Source: Candidatus Eiseniibacteriota bacterium
Lineage (GTDB): Bacteria; Eisenbacteria; RBG-16-71-46; CAVPCR01
Length of the DNA stretch: 64,000 nt
Reading direction: 5' to 3'
Assembly (NCBI GenBank): GCA_963823555.1
Contig: CAWGMA010000001.1
Coordinates: forward strand, 1,984,001 to 2,048,000
The notes below the pieces were generated by a model, which did not search any database, was not told where the DNA came from, and saw only the letters and a program-made list of their open reading frames with translations. This document shows positions 21,923-33,946 of the stretch, piece after piece. Position numbers and translations under genes: made by a program. Every line of letters starts with the position of its first letter. Positions within the stretch are counted from its first letter, which is position 1.

Positions 21923-21955
21923 GAGATCGAGGGATACCGCGCGCGGCGTGCCGGC

Positions 21956-21984
21956 AATGTAGCACGCGCCGCGATGAGGGTCAA
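21956..21984 (-). promoter_or_regulatory. Sigma70 promoter for tRNA-Ala/ffs/dnaX
   Basis: TTGACC-17 nt-TACATT with extended TG. Confidence 0.65.
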
Positions 21985-22012
21985 CGTGGCGCCGGCGGGA
22001 GACTTGGGCCTC

Positions 22013-23029
22013 CTATCCCCCACCCCCGTCCGCTTCCGGGTCCTCTTCCGGCTCATCGTCTCCAGGGGGCTCGCTCGTCCCGAAGAAGGCCAGGATCTCG
22101 CGGACCACCGTGGAGTCGGTGGGAACCCCGTCGAGCAAGTAGAAGGTCCGCCCATTCAACGGCATGGGGCCATCGACCCCGAGCTGGACATTGGACCAGT
22201 TGAGGAATCTCCCGGAACTCCCCCCGAAGAATACCTGGCGTGCGTGCCCGATGCGCAGCGGGTAGTTCTCGACGCGCGGCTTGTGGCTGGCGACGATGAT
22301 ATCGACCCCGGGAACTTCCTCGGCGATCGAACGCACGGCCAGGTAACGAGCATGGGCGAAGCAGACCACGAGGCCGGCCCGGCGTCGCATCTCCGGCATG
22401 AGGGCGACGAGGGCGGCATTGGGCGGCAGCACCTTGACTCCGGGCTGAGACGCGGCCTGATCCTGCCACACCTCCGGTTCGAGAATGCTCGTGAACGCGA
22501 TCATCGTCTCGCCGGCAGGTCGCAGCACATAGGGTTTGAACAGCGGCTCCCGCGTCGTGGCGTCGACGATATTGGCCGAGACCCAGGCGAGATCGGCGTG
22601 CGGAGCGATCAGGTCTTCCAGGTAGCCTCGACCCCGCGCGAGCTCCACCTCCCCCACGCCGAGTGCGGAGTAGCCGAGCTTGGCGTGCATGGCGATCAGG
22701 AAGGCCTCGACCTGCGGGTCGGGATCCCCGGACGGGAGGAGATCACCGCCGTCGGCAGCCTCGACGAAGGCGGCCGTATCGCGGCTCGCCTCGATGATCG
22801 TCGCTCTCCGCCCCAGGCCCCCGGCCTTCTGCTTGCAGCGACCGCAGGGCAGCATCTCCCCGTGCGTCGCCGCCGACAGGATCAAGTTGAGGTGCTGGAC
22901 ACGGGATGCCGCTGGACCCGGCGGCTCGCTCTGACTCACCCCGGTCGCCAGTCCGCCGCCGGCCAGGGCGCACGGAACGATCACCATCAGGGCGCTCCAC
23001 GCGAGGGGCCGCTCCGGGCGGCGATGCAT
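22013..23029 (-). CDS. Exported UshA-like / 5'-nucleotidase N-terminal-domain protein with CxxC
   Basis: HGEMLPCGRCKQKAGGLGRRAT, DGGD, LGYSALGVGEVE, VSANI, PGVDIIV. Confidence 0.75.
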   Translation of the reverse strand: MHRRPERPLAWSALMVIVPCALAGGGLATGVSQSEPPGPAASRVQHLNLILSAATHGEMLPCGRCKQKAGGLGRRATIIEASRDTAAFVEAADGGDLLPSGDPDPQVEAFLIAMHAKLGYSALGVGEVELARGRGYLEDLIAPHADLAWVSANIVDATTREPLFKPYVLRPAGETMIAFTSILEPEVWQDQAASQPGVKVLPPNAALVALMPEMRRRAGLVVCFAHARYLAVRSIAEEVPGVDIIVASHKPRVENYPLRIGHARQVFFGGSSGRFLNWSNVQLGVDGPMPLNGRTFYLLDGVPTDSTVVREILAFFGTSEPPGDDEPEEDPEADGGGG

Positions 23030-23104
23030 GCCTGCTCTGGGGTTTGGCAACTCTGATCGAGCCTGGGGAACCTGGACCGGACCTAACAGGATGATGAGGG
23101 AAGA

Positions 23105-23195
23105 TGGCGGAGAGAGAGGGATTCGAACCCTCGAGACGGTCTCCCGTCTACACGATTTCCAATCGTGCACCTTCGACCAGCTCGGTCATCTCTCC
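23105..23195 (-). tRNA. tRNA-Ser(GGA)
   Basis: Cloverleaf with long variable arm; CACGA-TT-GGA-AA-TCGTG; CCA. Confidence 0.97.
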
Positions 23196-23254
23196 GCAAG
23201 GACGGGCCACCTGCGACGCGGAAGAACAGCGGCGGCCACCCGCGGGCGCGCGCC

Positions 23255-23818
23255 TCACTCCCCGTCGGATCCGTTGCCGCCGTTCGAACCGGCCGCGTTG
23301 CGCCGCAATTCGTCGAAGAAGGATCGTATCAGGAAGCTCGATTCCTCGGCAAGCAGCCCGCTCTGCACCACCGCACGGTGGTTGAGGCGCGGATCCCGCG
23401 GGATATCGAACAGCGACCCGCAGGCCCCGGCCTTCGGATCATCGGCCGCATAGACGACACGGGAAATGCGGGCCAGGACAATCGCCCCGCTGCACATGAC
23501 GCAAGGTTCGAGGGTGGAATAGAGCGTGGCCCCCACCAGACGCGGTTCGCCGACGGTCGCGGCGGCGGCTCCGATGGCCAGGATCTCGGCGTGCGCGGTG
23601 GGATCGCCGAGGGTCTCGATCTGGTTCTTGCCCTTTCCCAGCAGACGACCATCGAGGACGACGACGGCACCGACCGGGACCTCACCCTGCGCTCGGGCCT
23701 CGCGAGCGAGCTTCAAGGCCTCGCGCATCCACCGCGCATCGCTGTTGAAGAGGTCCGGCCCCTTGCCGCCATCCGCCTCACCCCCCTCACCACGCGGCCC
23801 TTCGTCTTCTGGAATCAT
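23255..23818 (-). CDS. tadA: tRNA adenosine(34) deaminase
   Basis: EVPVGAVVV, DPTAHAEI, TLEPCVMCSGA, DPKAGACGS, LNH. Confidence 0.96.
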   Translation of the reverse strand: MIPEDEGPRGEGGEADGGKGPDLFNSDARWMREALKLAREARAQGEVPVGAVVVLDGRLLGKGKNQIETLGDPTAHAEILAIGAAAATVGEPRLVGATLYSTLEPCVMCSGAIVLARISRVVYAADDPKAGACGSLFDIPRDPRLNHRAVVQSGLLAEESSFLIRSFFDELRRNAAGSNGGNGSDGE

Positions 23819-23879
23819 CGCCATGCGTCTGGATGCTCTCTGGAGCGGTCCCCCTTCGTGAGCGGCCCGCAGGTCACAC

Positions 23880-24599
23880 TCACGGGATGCCGTAGACGAG
23901 GCTCGTTGCCACGTCCTCGGCCACATCATTGATGGGAGGCGCCGGCGGCACGATCTTGCTCCCACCGCGCTGGATGCCGAGATCGTCCACGACACCGGTC
24001 TGCGCCCGCGGGTCGTGGAACTGGCTCTTCACCTCGATGCGATCATGGGCTTCATAGACGAGCTTTCCTGTCTGTCCCGAGAAGATGCGGATCTCGGCGC
24101 TGACCTCGGAGTGCGAGTAACCCTCGACGTTCCATTCCACCTGTTCCGAATGCCACTCCTTGAGCTCGCCCTCGAGGTAATAGGAAAGACCGAGCTCGGT
24201 CGAGAATCGGCTCAACATCTCGGGATCGACCTTCCGCTCCTGCTTCCAGCGTCGGGAGAGCGCCTCCAGATCCGCCGCGAGCCCCTTCTCGGCCGCATCG
24301 CCCTCGAGCTGGTAGCGATCGATGAGAATGAACCCGGGCTTCTTCGCCCGGAGCGCGTTATCGAAGAAGGGAAAGAACCCGTCCAATGCATCGACGTTGG
24401 CCGACGTGTTGGTGAAGTTGATGGCAATGCGGTTCGTACCCTGCGGAGCGAACGTCGAATCGACGAAGACATAGGTCGGGTGTCCCTTGGGCGGCTTCTT
24501 CGTCTTCTTCTTCTTGTCTGCGGCGAACGTCGGATCGATGACCGCTGAGGCGACAACGAAAGCGATGAGCGCCAGGATCGCCAGGGTGGATCTCTTCAT
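23880..24599 (-). CDS. Exported hypothetical protein (CsgG/DUF799-like fold possible)
   Basis: GGAGG SD, signal peptide MKRSTLAILALIAFVV, Lys-rich start. Confidence 0.7.
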   Translation of the reverse strand: MKRSTLAILALIAFVVASAVIDPTFAADKKKKTKKPPKGHPTYVFVDSTFAPQGTNRIAINFTNTSANVDALDGFFPFFDNALRAKKPGFILIDRYQLEGDAAEKGLAADLEALSRRWKQERKVDPEMLSRFSTELGLSYYLEGELKEWHSEQVEWNVEGYSHSEVSAEIRIFSGQTGKLVYEAHDRIEVKSQFHDPRAQTGVVDDLGIQRGGSKIVPPAPPINDVAEDVATSLVYGIP

Positions 24600-24774
24600 A
24601 TTGGTCCTCCCGCCACACCGTTCCTCAAGAGGAACTGTTTCCCGGCCAGGGGCAAAGGCCAACGAGCCAGAGGAGCCGGAGGCTGGCAGCGCGGAAGCCG
24701 GCAACCGAGGGCCTGCCGGTCGAAGCCCTGTCCGGCGGCGGGGAGTCGCCAGACAGAACGCTTCCTCAAGGAGA

Positions 24775-24851
24775 TGGTACGCCCAGGAGGATTTGAACCC
24801 CCAACCTTCTGGTCCGTAGCCAGACGCTCTATCCAGTTGAGCTATGGGCGC
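24775..24851 (-). tRNA. tRNA-Arg(ACG)
   Basis: TCTGG-CT-ACG-GA-CCAGA; CCA. Confidence 0.97.
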
Positions 24852-24866
24852 ACCGAACCCATTCGA

Positions 24867-24895
24867 TAGGTAGCACAGGGTTTGCGAGCTGTCAA
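24867..24895 (-). promoter_or_regulatory. Sigma70 promoter for tRNA-Arg
   Basis: TTGACA-17 nt-TACCTA with extended TG. Confidence 0.55.
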
Positions 24896-24945
24896 ACCTG
24901 TCGGCCCTGACGCGTTCGACAACCACCGGACAGGGCGTGCGGACC

Positions 24946-25039
<94 letters not shown>

Positions 25040-25151
25040 ACCGTGTCCGCTCACCCTGGTGGGCCGAACTCGCCGCACCCAACCAGGTTGATGTATCTCG
25101 ATTTCGTGCTTCTGCCCAGACCGGGCCGGACTGCGAGCCAGCCATCAATCG

Positions 25152-25237
25152 TGGCGGAGGGAGTAGGATTCGAACCCACGGACCTTTCGGTCTGCGCCTT
25201 TCAAGGGCGCCGCCTTAAACCACTCGGCCATCCCTCC
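25152..25237 (-). tRNA. tRNA-Ser(TGA)
   Basis: GCGCC-CT-TGA-AA-GGCGC, variable arm GACC-GAAA-GGTC, CCA. Confidence 0.97.
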
Positions 25238-25370
25238 AGAGGCTTAGGACCGCGCTCCCCGGAGCGCCAGGATAGATGCAGCGCTTCGGACTTCCTCGCC
25301 CGACGCGCCTGAAACCGGTCCAAGGCCAAGGATTACAGCATGCGGGCCGGGGCCAAGTCAAACCCCCGGG

Positions 25371-26468
25371 CTAGAGCCTGGCGGCGATCAGCCCCCCCGC
25401 GACCACCCGCTCACCGTCGTAGAGAACGCCCGATTGTCCTGGGACCACCCCCTCGAGCGCTGCCCTGAAGCGGAGCGTGCCCGCGGGCCCCTCAACGTCT
25501 GCCGGAACCGTTTCGATCCGGCCCCTTACCGGGACCGCGCTCGAGCGCACTTGCATGCAGAGCTCCTCGTTCTCCACCAGCGGCTTCCGGCGCTGCCTGT
25601 TCACGCGTTCGAGGACGAGCCCGTCGGTGGCCAGATCGGTGCGCGCCCCCACGTGCACGATCGCTTGGACCGGGTCGATGGCGGTCACATAGCGAGGACC
25701 ATCGGCGCCGAACCCCAGTCCGCGTCGCTGTCCGATCGTGAAATGGACGATGCCATCGTGGCGCCCCACGACCGAGCCTCTTTCATCGACGATGAATCCG
25801 GCACGAATCGCACCGGCCGACTCCGGGCGTGACTTGACAAAATCGGCATAGCGCCCTCCCCTCACGAAACAGATGTCCTGGGAATCCGGCTTCCGGGCCA
25901 CGTCCAGACCGAGCTCCGCGGCCCGCGCCCGCACCTCGGCCTTGGCGATTTCCCCTACCGGAAACAGGACCCGGGAGAGAACGGTCGGTTTGACCCCCCA
26001 CAGCACATAGGATTGATCCTTGGCGTGGTCGGCTGCGCGCGCGATCGCCGGCTCACCGTCGGGGCCGTCCACCCGTCGCGCATGATGACCGGTGGCGATG
26101 AACTCGGCGCCCACCTGGTCGGCAATGGCGGCAAGCTGTCCGAACTTGAGGTGGGTGTTGCATTCAACGCACGGGTTGGGCGTACGCCCCGCCAGATAGT
26201 CCCTGACGAAGGGAACCACCACTTGCTCCTCGAAGCCGCCGGAGAGATCGAGGACGAGGTGACGGATGCCGATGCGCGCCGCTACCCGGCGCGCATCGGC
26301 GATATCCTCGAGCGAGCAGCAGGTCTTACCGGAGGGAGCGGTCTCGCCATAGCACCAGAGCTTGAGTGTCGCCCCGACCACCGTGAACCCCTGCTCGCTG
26401 AGGAGCGCCGCGGCAACCGAACTATCGACGCCACCCGACATGGCGAGAAGAACGGTGCCCTGGCTCAT
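25371..26468 (-). CDS. mnmA: tRNA 2-thiouridine(34) synthase
   Basis: AMSGGVDSSVAA, TPNPCVECN, ATGHHAR, KDQSY, DSQDICF, TIGQRRGL. Confidence 0.98.
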   Translation of the reverse strand: MSQGTVLLAMSGGVDSSVAAALLSEQGFTVVGATLKLWCYGETAPSGKTCCSLEDIADARRVAARIGIRHLVLDLSGGFEEQVVVPFVRDYLAGRTPNPCVECNTHLKFGQLAAIADQVGAEFIATGHHARRVDGPDGEPAIARAADHAKDQSYVLWGVKPTVLSRVLFPVGEIAKAEVRARAAELGLDVARKPDSQDICFVRGGRYADFVKSRPESAGAIRAGFIVDERGSVVGRHDGIVHFTIGQRRGLGFGADGPRYVTAIDPVQAIVHVGARTDLATDGLVLERVNRQRRKPLVENEELCMQVRSSAVPVRGRIETVPADVEGPAGTLRFRAALEGVVPGQSGVLYDGERVVAGGLIAARL

Positions 26469-27625
26469 CGCTCACTCCGCGACCCGCGCGCGCGTTCGAC
26501 GGCGGCACCCAGGACGGTGAGCGCCTTCTCGATCTCCTCCGCCGTGGTCTCCGGCCCCAGCGATAGGCGCAGGGTCCCCCGCGCCCAGTCCGGAGCCAGC
26601 CCCATCGCTGACAGCACATGAGAGACACCCTCGGCGCCGGAGAGGCAGGCTGACCCGCGCGAGACCTGAACACCGGCCAGGTCGAGGGCGAGCACGAGGG
26701 CGCGCGCATCCGTTCCGGGAAAGGCGATCGACAGAGTGTTGGGCAAACGCGGCACCGATTGGCCATGCACCCGAGCATCGGGGAATCGGGCGACGAGCGC
26801 GGCGGCGAGACGATCTCTCAATGAAGCCGCCTGGTCCATGGCACGCAGCCGTTCCGGCGCCCTCGCGGCGGCGGCGCCGAGACCCACAATGGCAGCCACC
26901 GCATGCGTGCCGCCCCTGAGCCCGTTCTCCTGCGTCCCCCCGATGATGGGTTGCAGGTGAGTGCCCTGGCGCACGATGAGTGCCCCCACTCCCTGCGGGC
27001 CACCGAACTTGTGCGCCGAGACGGCGAGAAGGTCGACACCGAGATCGTCGCGTGTGAAGGGGATCTTGCCCACCGCCTGAACGGCATCGGTAAGGAAGGG
27101 AACCCCCTTGATCCGGAGCTCGCGCGCGACCTCGGCCACGGGCTGCACCACGCCCGTCTCGTTCGAAGCCAGAATGAGCGCGGCGATCGCGGTGCCGTCG
27201 CCCGCTTGCGCCAGGAAGCGTCCGGGGTCGACTCGCCCATCCGCCTCGGGTGGCACCCGGACGACCTTGAAATCGAGCTTTTCCAGCAGTTCTCCCGCCG
27301 TCAGGATCGCCTCGTGCTCGATCGCCGAGACCACGACGCGGCGTCCCTGGTCACGCCGCGCCAGCGCGCCGCCAACGAGGGCCAGGGTATCCGCCTCGCT
27401 CCCAGAAGCGGTGAAGACCACCTCCACGGGGCGCACGCCGACAAGGCGCGCGACCTGGCTGCGCGCCTCCTCGACCGCGGCACGCGCCTCCTGGCCCCGG
27501 ACATGAGAGCTGGCCGGGTTGGCCTGACGCGGCCCGAGCCAGACATTCATGGCGGCGGCGACTTCGGGCACGACCGGTGTGCCGGCGTTGTGATCGAGAT
27601 AGATCAAGTGACTCCGGGACCTCAT
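26465..27625 (-). CDS. iscS: Cysteine desulfurase (IscS/NifS family)
   Basis: YLDHNAGTP, NPASSH, NETGV, DAVQAVGK, SAHKFGGPQG, GSAC. Confidence 0.93.
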   Translation of the reverse strand: MRSRSHLIYLDHNAGTPVVPEVAAAMNVWLGPRQANPASSHVRGQEARAAVEEARSQVARLVGVRPVEVVFTASGSEADTLALVGGALARRDQGRRVVVSAIEHEAILTAGELLEKLDFKVVRVPPEADGRVDPGRFLAQAGDGTAIAALILASNETGVVQPVAEVARELRIKGVPFLTDAVQAVGKIPFTRDDLGVDLLAVSAHKFGGPQGVGALIVRQGTHLQPIIGGTQENGLRGGTHAVAAIVGLGAAAARAPERLRAMDQAASLRDRLAAALVARFPDARVHGQSVPRLPNTLSIAFPGTDARALVLALDLAGVQVSRGSACLSGAEGVSHVLSAMGLAPDWARGTLRLSLGPETTAEEIEKALTVLGAAVERARGSRSER

Positions 27626-27722
27626 TCCAACCGAGTCCGGGCCCGACGGCCTGGCGGCCGTCGTGAACGCCTGGACGTACCCATCGCCGCGCGCCAGCGT
27701 GGCGACGTGGATTCGCTCGCCG

Positions 27723-28892
27723 CTATTCCTCGGACTCGGCTTGCTTGCGCTTGCCCTCGGCGATGCGGATCAACTGATCGAGTCGCTTGAGCTGCGCCGA
27801 CGCCGCCTCGCCCCACTGCGAATCCCCGAGGACAGGTTGCAGCTTGGCTTCGGCGAGCCGGTAGCTGGCCACCGCATCCGTGAACTGCTCGGCTCCGACC
27901 TGCGCCAGACCTCGTTTCTCGAGCAGGCGCGCCCATGCATACTGCAAGCAGGGATCGTCCGGCCGCTTCGTGGCCCAGCCTTCGACCACCCTGAGCCCCT
28001 CTTCCCACTTACCCGAGTCCTCGTAGAGGAATGCAATCCGGCAGTCGACCGTGGCGGCGTCGTCGGGCCGGAGCTCGCGGTACGTGTTGAGCCGCTCCAG
28101 CGCCTTTCCATACAGCTGGCACTTCTGATAGAGCATCCCGAGGTTCAGGAGATCACCCGGGTTCGATGCATCGAGGGCGATGACCTGTTCGTACACCTCG
28201 ATCCCGCGATCGCAGGACTCGCCCTTGTAGAGCAAGAATCCAAGGTGGCGTAGAGGCTCGACGTTGTCGGGCTCGAGCACCGACCAACGCTCGTACACGG
28301 CCACGGACTGCTCGATCATCTCGTTTTGCTGGCAGAGCTCACCCACGGTGCGAAGGATGGAGACATCCGTGGGATCGATCTCCAGCGCCCGCTGGTAGGC
28401 CATCACGGCCTCCACCGGGCGGTCCTGGCTCTTCAAGATATAGGCATAGCCGACCATCGCATCCTTGTCGTTCGGTCGCTTCTGCAACAAGGCCTCGTAG
28501 CTGGACAGCGCGGCATCATGCTGCCCGGCCGAGGCCTGGGCGAAGGCGAGGGCGTTCAAGAGATCGCAGCGCACTGAATCGCTGGGGCTCAGGGTCAGGG
28601 CATGCTCATAGGTCTTGGCCGCCTCCGACCATTGCCGGAGCTCCGACTGGCAGTAGCCGAGCTTGACAAAGGCCTCCAGATGCTGCGGAGCCAGCTTGGT
28701 GACCTCGCTGAAGTTCTCGACGCACTCCACCCACTGCCGGTTGGCGATGGCGTCCTGCCCCTCGTTCCAGGCCTTGGTGGCCGCTTCGGGCAAGCGATCG
28801 GGTGTGGCCCCACCCCGGCCGGCGCCGAGAGCCGAAGCAAGGATCACGAAGACCAAGGCGGTGAAGGCATGGCGCAGGCCGGTTCGCTGCAT
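27723..28892 (-). CDS. Exported tetratricopeptide-repeat protein
   Basis: Signal peptide followed by about 8 TPR-like repeats (AxxxYxxALxxxP). Confidence 0.85.
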   Translation of the reverse strand: MQRTGLRHAFTALVFVILASALGAGRGGATPDRLPEAATKAWNEGQDAIANRQWVECVENFSEVTKLAPQHLEAFVKLGYCQSELRQWSEAAKTYEHALTLSPSDSVRCDLLNALAFAQASAGQHDAALSSYEALLQKRPNDKDAMVGYAYILKSQDRPVEAVMAYQRALEIDPTDVSILRTVGELCQQNEMIEQSVAVYERWSVLEPDNVEPLRHLGFLLYKGESCDRGIEVYEQVIALDASNPGDLLNLGMLYQKCQLYGKALERLNTYRELRPDDAATVDCRIAFLYEDSGKWEEGLRVVEGWATKRPDDPCLQYAWARLLEKRGLAQVGAEQFTDAVASYRLAEAKLQPVLGDSQWGEAASAQLKRLDQLIRIAEGKRKQAESEE

Positions 28893-29038
28893 GGCGCATG
28901 CTCCTTTCGTGCGGCGGCTGGCCGCACTGGTCCGGCGCGACCCCAGGTGCCGCACCGACCGCATCGTAACTCAAGCCACGGGACCCTACCTCAGTGTTCA
29001 GCCATGATCGGCGTCCAGGCGGTGCACTCGCTGCGGAC

Positions 29039-29311
29039 CTACACCGCCTCGACCCGCTGGATCTCGGGCACATCCTCCCGGATGATACGCTCGAGGCCCT
29101 GCCTCAGGGTCAGCTGCGACATCGGGCAGCCGCCACAGGCCCCGACCAGCCTGAGCTGGACCACTCCGTCGCGCACATCGACCAGCTCGCAGTCACCCCC
29201 ATCGGCGACGAGCGCAGGCCGCATGCGGTCGATGGCCGCCTCGACCCGCGCGATGAGGGCTCCATCCGCCGCATGAGCGGCAGCTCCGTCTTGCATTCTC
29301 TCTTCGCTCAT
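29039..29311 (-). CDS. NifU C-terminal/NfuA-type Fe-S carrier
   Basis: RPALVADGGD.ELV, GACGGCPMSQLTL..G.E. Confidence 0.93.
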   Translation of the reverse strand: MSEERMQDGAAAHAADGALIARVEAAIDRMRPALVADGGDCELVDVRDGVVQLRLVGACGGCPMSQLTLRQGLERIIREDVPEIQRVEAV

Positions 29312-29344
29312 CCCGCCCCCCTGGCCCGAAGGCCCCATCCGAGT

Positions 29345-30898
<1,554 letters not shown>

Positions 30899-30958
30899 TT
30901 ATGACAACTAGGGACGAGTCAAGGCAACTCACCCTGGACGGCAGGCTCGCCCTTCCCC

Positions 30959-31900
30959 CTACCCATTGATGCGCAGCGGGACCGGGGTGAAGCAGATGAG
31001 GAGCAGGATCAAGGCGGCGGCACCAAGAACCCAGTCACGGCGGCGGAGGGAACGGTGCGGGTTCTGGAGCGGAGGGTGGCGGAGACCGAACAGGATCGCG
31101 AGCAGGCACCAGACAATCCAGCCGGGCCAGAGAAAACTCATGCCCAGCATGATGCCGATCGCGGGGAGCGCAATCCAGCGACTGCGGCGCCCGAACAACG
31201 CGTAGGCGACGTGGCCGCCGTCGAGCTGGCCCAGCGGTAGCAGGTTGAGCGCCGTGACGAGAATTCCGGCCCAGCCAGCCAGGCCCACGGCGTTCAGCAG
31301 GAGGTCTTGACCAGGGGGTAGCGAGCCATGAATGAGCCGGATCAGCCCCTTCATGAGCAGCGATTCACCGAGCTCGAGGGTGGCCTCCGGCGGCACCTGG
31401 GTCACCACCGAAGTGGATATGCCGATCCACAGCACGGGCAGCGCGACCAGGAAACCCGCGATGGGGCCGGCCGCACCGATGGCCAGGAGCGCCCGCCGGT
31501 CCGTGATCGCCGAGCGGATTCGAATGAAAGCGCCGAACGTGCCGAGCAGCGTGGGGGCCGGGATGAAATAGGGCAGTGTGACCTCCACCCCATGGCCCCG
31601 AGCCGTCAGGTAATGCCCCATCTCGTGCACGAACAGGATCGAGAGCAGGGCTGCCGCGAAGGGAACGCCGCGCAGGAGCGCCCGCGGTCCATCGAGATCG
31701 GCCCCCTCGTGGAGAGCACCGACCAGGAGCGTCGATCCGACGGTGAAGACGAAGAGCCCGATCTGAATGAGGCTGGGTCGGATCGGCGGCAGCGGCCGGC
31801 CCATGGCCTCCGGCTGCCGGTCCGGAACGCCCCAGCCTGGGGCGCCCTCCGGATCGAGGACGGACCGACCATGCTCCCGAGTCCTTGGATCCTGAGCCAC
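30959..31900 (-). CDS. Site-2 protease (M50) membrane metalloprotease
   Basis: HEMGH, LPYFIP..GTFGAFI, AGPIAG, NLLPLGQLDGGH; start approximate. Confidence 0.92.
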   Translation of the reverse strand: MAQDPRTREHGRSVLDPEGAPGWGVPDRQPEAMGRPLPPIRPSLIQIGLFVFTVGSTLLVGALHEGADLDGPRALLRGVPFAAALLSILFVHEMGHYLTARGHGVEVTLPYFIPAPTLLGTFGAFIRIRSAITDRRALLAIGAAGPIAGFLVALPVLWIGISTSVVTQVPPEATLELGESLLMKGLIRLIHGSLPPGQDLLLNAVGLAGWAGILVTALNLLPLGQLDGGHVAYALFGRRSRWIALPAIGIMLGMSFLWPGWIVWCLLAILFGLRHPPLQNPHRSLRRRDWVLGAAALILLLICFTPVPLRING

Positions 31901-32126
31901 CGAATCGACTCCTTCGCCGCGGTCCAGCCCCGCCAACCCCGCTCGCGAATCCGAGCGAACCATCGATCGTAATCGAATGGCGGCCAACAACAAAGGGCCG
32001 AACGGAGGCCGCCGCTCGATGGACCGGGCGGAAGGGCCGTGGTTTGACCCCCTTCCACGTGCGTGATAGCCTCCCGCCTTTGCCCGAACCAACCGAAGCG
32101 CGTCCGACACGTCCCACAGCAGAATC

Positions 32127-33140
32127 ATGATCGAAGTCCAGGGCCTGACCAAGATCTACGGCGCCACGCCCGCCGTCGAGGATGTGACGTTCACTGTGCC
32201 CCAGGGGCAGGTGCTCGGATTCCTGGGGCCGAACGGCGCCGGGAAGACGACGACGATGCGCATCCTGACCGGATACCTTCCTCCCAGCGCCGGCTCGGCG
32301 CGAGTCGCCGGCCTCGATGTCGTCCGGGACTCCCTCGCCATGCGCCGCCGGATCGGCTACCTGCCGGAGAACGTGCCGCTGTACCCGGAGATGACGGTCT
32401 CCGGCTATCTCGATTTTGTCGGCGCCCTCAAGCGCATGCCAGGGCGCGAGCGCAAGAGCCGGCTTCCTATTGTGCTTGCGCAGTGCGGCCTCGAGGAGGT
32501 GGCGCGCACCATCGTGAAGAAGCTATCCAAAGGCTACCGGCAGCGAGTGGGACTGGCCCAGGCCCTCCTGCATGACCCCGAGGTCCTCATCCTCGATGAA
32601 CCCACCGTCGGCCTCGATCCGCGACAGATCATCGAGGTCCGGGAGCTGATGAAGAGCCTGGCCGGAACCCACACCATCATCCTCTCGACCCACATCCTTC
32701 CCGAGGTCGAGCAGGTCTGCGAACGAGTGGTCATCCTGGCCCGCGGCCGGGTCATCGCCGAGGATTCAGTCGCCAACTTGACGGCCAGGCTCCGCGGGGC
32801 GGCGACACTCCGGGTTCGAGTGCGGGGGGCGAGCGAGGATGACCTCCGCGCCATCGCCGCCGTTCCCGGCGTGCGCGCGCTCCGCATCGCCGCGGAACGC
32901 GGCGGCGTCATCACCCTGGAAGTCGAGGGCGAAGACACGGCGGTCATCGCCGAGCCCATCGCCCGGACGGCAGTCGAGCGCGGCCTGGGACTCCGCGAGC
33001 TGGCCCCGGTCGGAATGAGCCTCGAGACGATCTTCCTCGAGCTCACCACGCGCGAGGAGGTCGCGACCGGAATGGCAGCAGCGGAGAGCACGGCCGCCAC
33101 CTCCGACTCCCAGATCACAAGCAGCGAACCGGAGCCGTAG
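32127..33140 (+). CDS. ABC transporter ATP-binding protein (GldA-like)
   Basis: GPNGAGKTT, LSKGYRQRVGLAQA, ILDEPTVGLDP, STH. Confidence 0.95.
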   Translation: MIEVQGLTKIYGATPAVEDVTFTVPQGQVLGFLGPNGAGKTTTMRILTGYLPPSAGSARVAGLDVVRDSLAMRRRIGYLPENVPLYPEMTVSGYLDFVGALKRMPGRERKSRLPIVLAQCGLEEVARTIVKKLSKGYRQRVGLAQALLHDPEVLILDEPTVGLDPRQIIEVRELMKSLAGTHTIILSTHILPEVEQVCERVVILARGRVIAEDSVANLTARLRGAATLRVRVRGASEDDLRAIAAVPGVRALRIAAERGGVITLEVEGEDTAVIAEPIARTAVERGLGLRELAPVGMSLETIFLELTTREEVATGMAAAESTAATSDSQITSSEPEP

Positions 33141-33147
33141 CCCAACC

Positions 33148-33930
33148 ATGTCGACGATCCTTGCCATCGCGTGGCGCGAGTTCCGCTCCTACTTCCTCTC
33201 CCCCATCGCCTACGTCGTGATCGCGCTCTTTCTCCTGCTCACCGGCTACTTCTTCTACTCGAGCCTCGTCGATTTCGTCAATCAATCACTTCGCTTCGCG
33301 GATCAGTCTGCCATGTTCGGAGGCGAGACGCCGAAGATGAACGTCAACGAGTGGGTGGTCCGTCCCTACTTCTACAACATAGGCGTCCTCATCCTGTTCC
33401 TGGTCCCGATGATCACGATGCGCCTGCTCTGCGAAGAGAAGAAGACTGGAACGATCGAGCTCCTCATGACCTCGCCGATCACCGAGCTCGAGGTGACGGT
33501 CGGCAAGTTCCTGGCCGGCTTCGGCCTCTACCTCGTCATGCTCGCCGGCACGTTCGCCGCGATGGCGGTGCTCTTCGTGCTCGGAGAGCCGGACTGGGGA
33601 CCGATCGCCAGCGGCTACCTGGGGCTCATCCTCCTCGGTGCGGCGAGCATCGCCCTCGGCACCCTGGTCTCGTCGTTGACCGAGAACCAGATCGTGGCCG
33701 GCTTCGCCGGATTCGCCCTCTTCCTCTTGCTCTGGCTCGTGCACTGGGCCGCCGACTACACGACGGGCACCACGGCCAAGTTCCTCGCTCAGCTGTCGAT
33801 CGTGCGTCACTTCGACGACATGTCCAAGGGTGTCATCGACTCGCGCGATGTGGTCTTCTACCTGAGCCTGGTCGTGTTCGGGCTCTTTGCCACCATGCGC
33901 TCCCTCGAGTCGATACGCTGGAAGTCCTGA
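33148..33930 (+). CDS. ABC-2 permease (GldF-like)
   Basis: REFRSYFLSPIAY, TMRL..EEKKTGTIELLMTSP, TENQIVA. Confidence 0.92.
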   Translation: MSTILAIAWREFRSYFLSPIAYVVIALFLLLTGYFFYSSLVDFVNQSLRFADQSAMFGGETPKMNVNEWVVRPYFYNIGVLILFLVPMITMRLLCEEKKTGTIELLMTSPITELEVTVGKFLAGFGLYLVMLAGTFAAMAVLFVLGEPDWGPIASGYLGLILLGAASIALGTLVSSLTENQIVAGFAGFALFLLLWLVHWAADYTTGTTAKFLAQLSIVRHFDDMSKGVIDSRDVVFYLSLVVFGLFATMRSLESIRWKS

Positions 33931-33946
33931 TGCAGGAGAGACGTTG

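Noticed and set aside
22013..24926. ORF-track N-terminal extensions of the UshA-like gene (to 23170), tadA (to 23995) and the exported protein (to 24926)
   Set aside because: They run through tRNA genes or neighbouring CDSs; downstream starts fit better.
25152..25237. tRNA with TGA in the anticodon loop as tRNA-Sec
   Set aside because: Anticodon TGA reads UCA (Ser). tRNA-Sec needs TCA and an extended acceptor stem. No selC is in the window.
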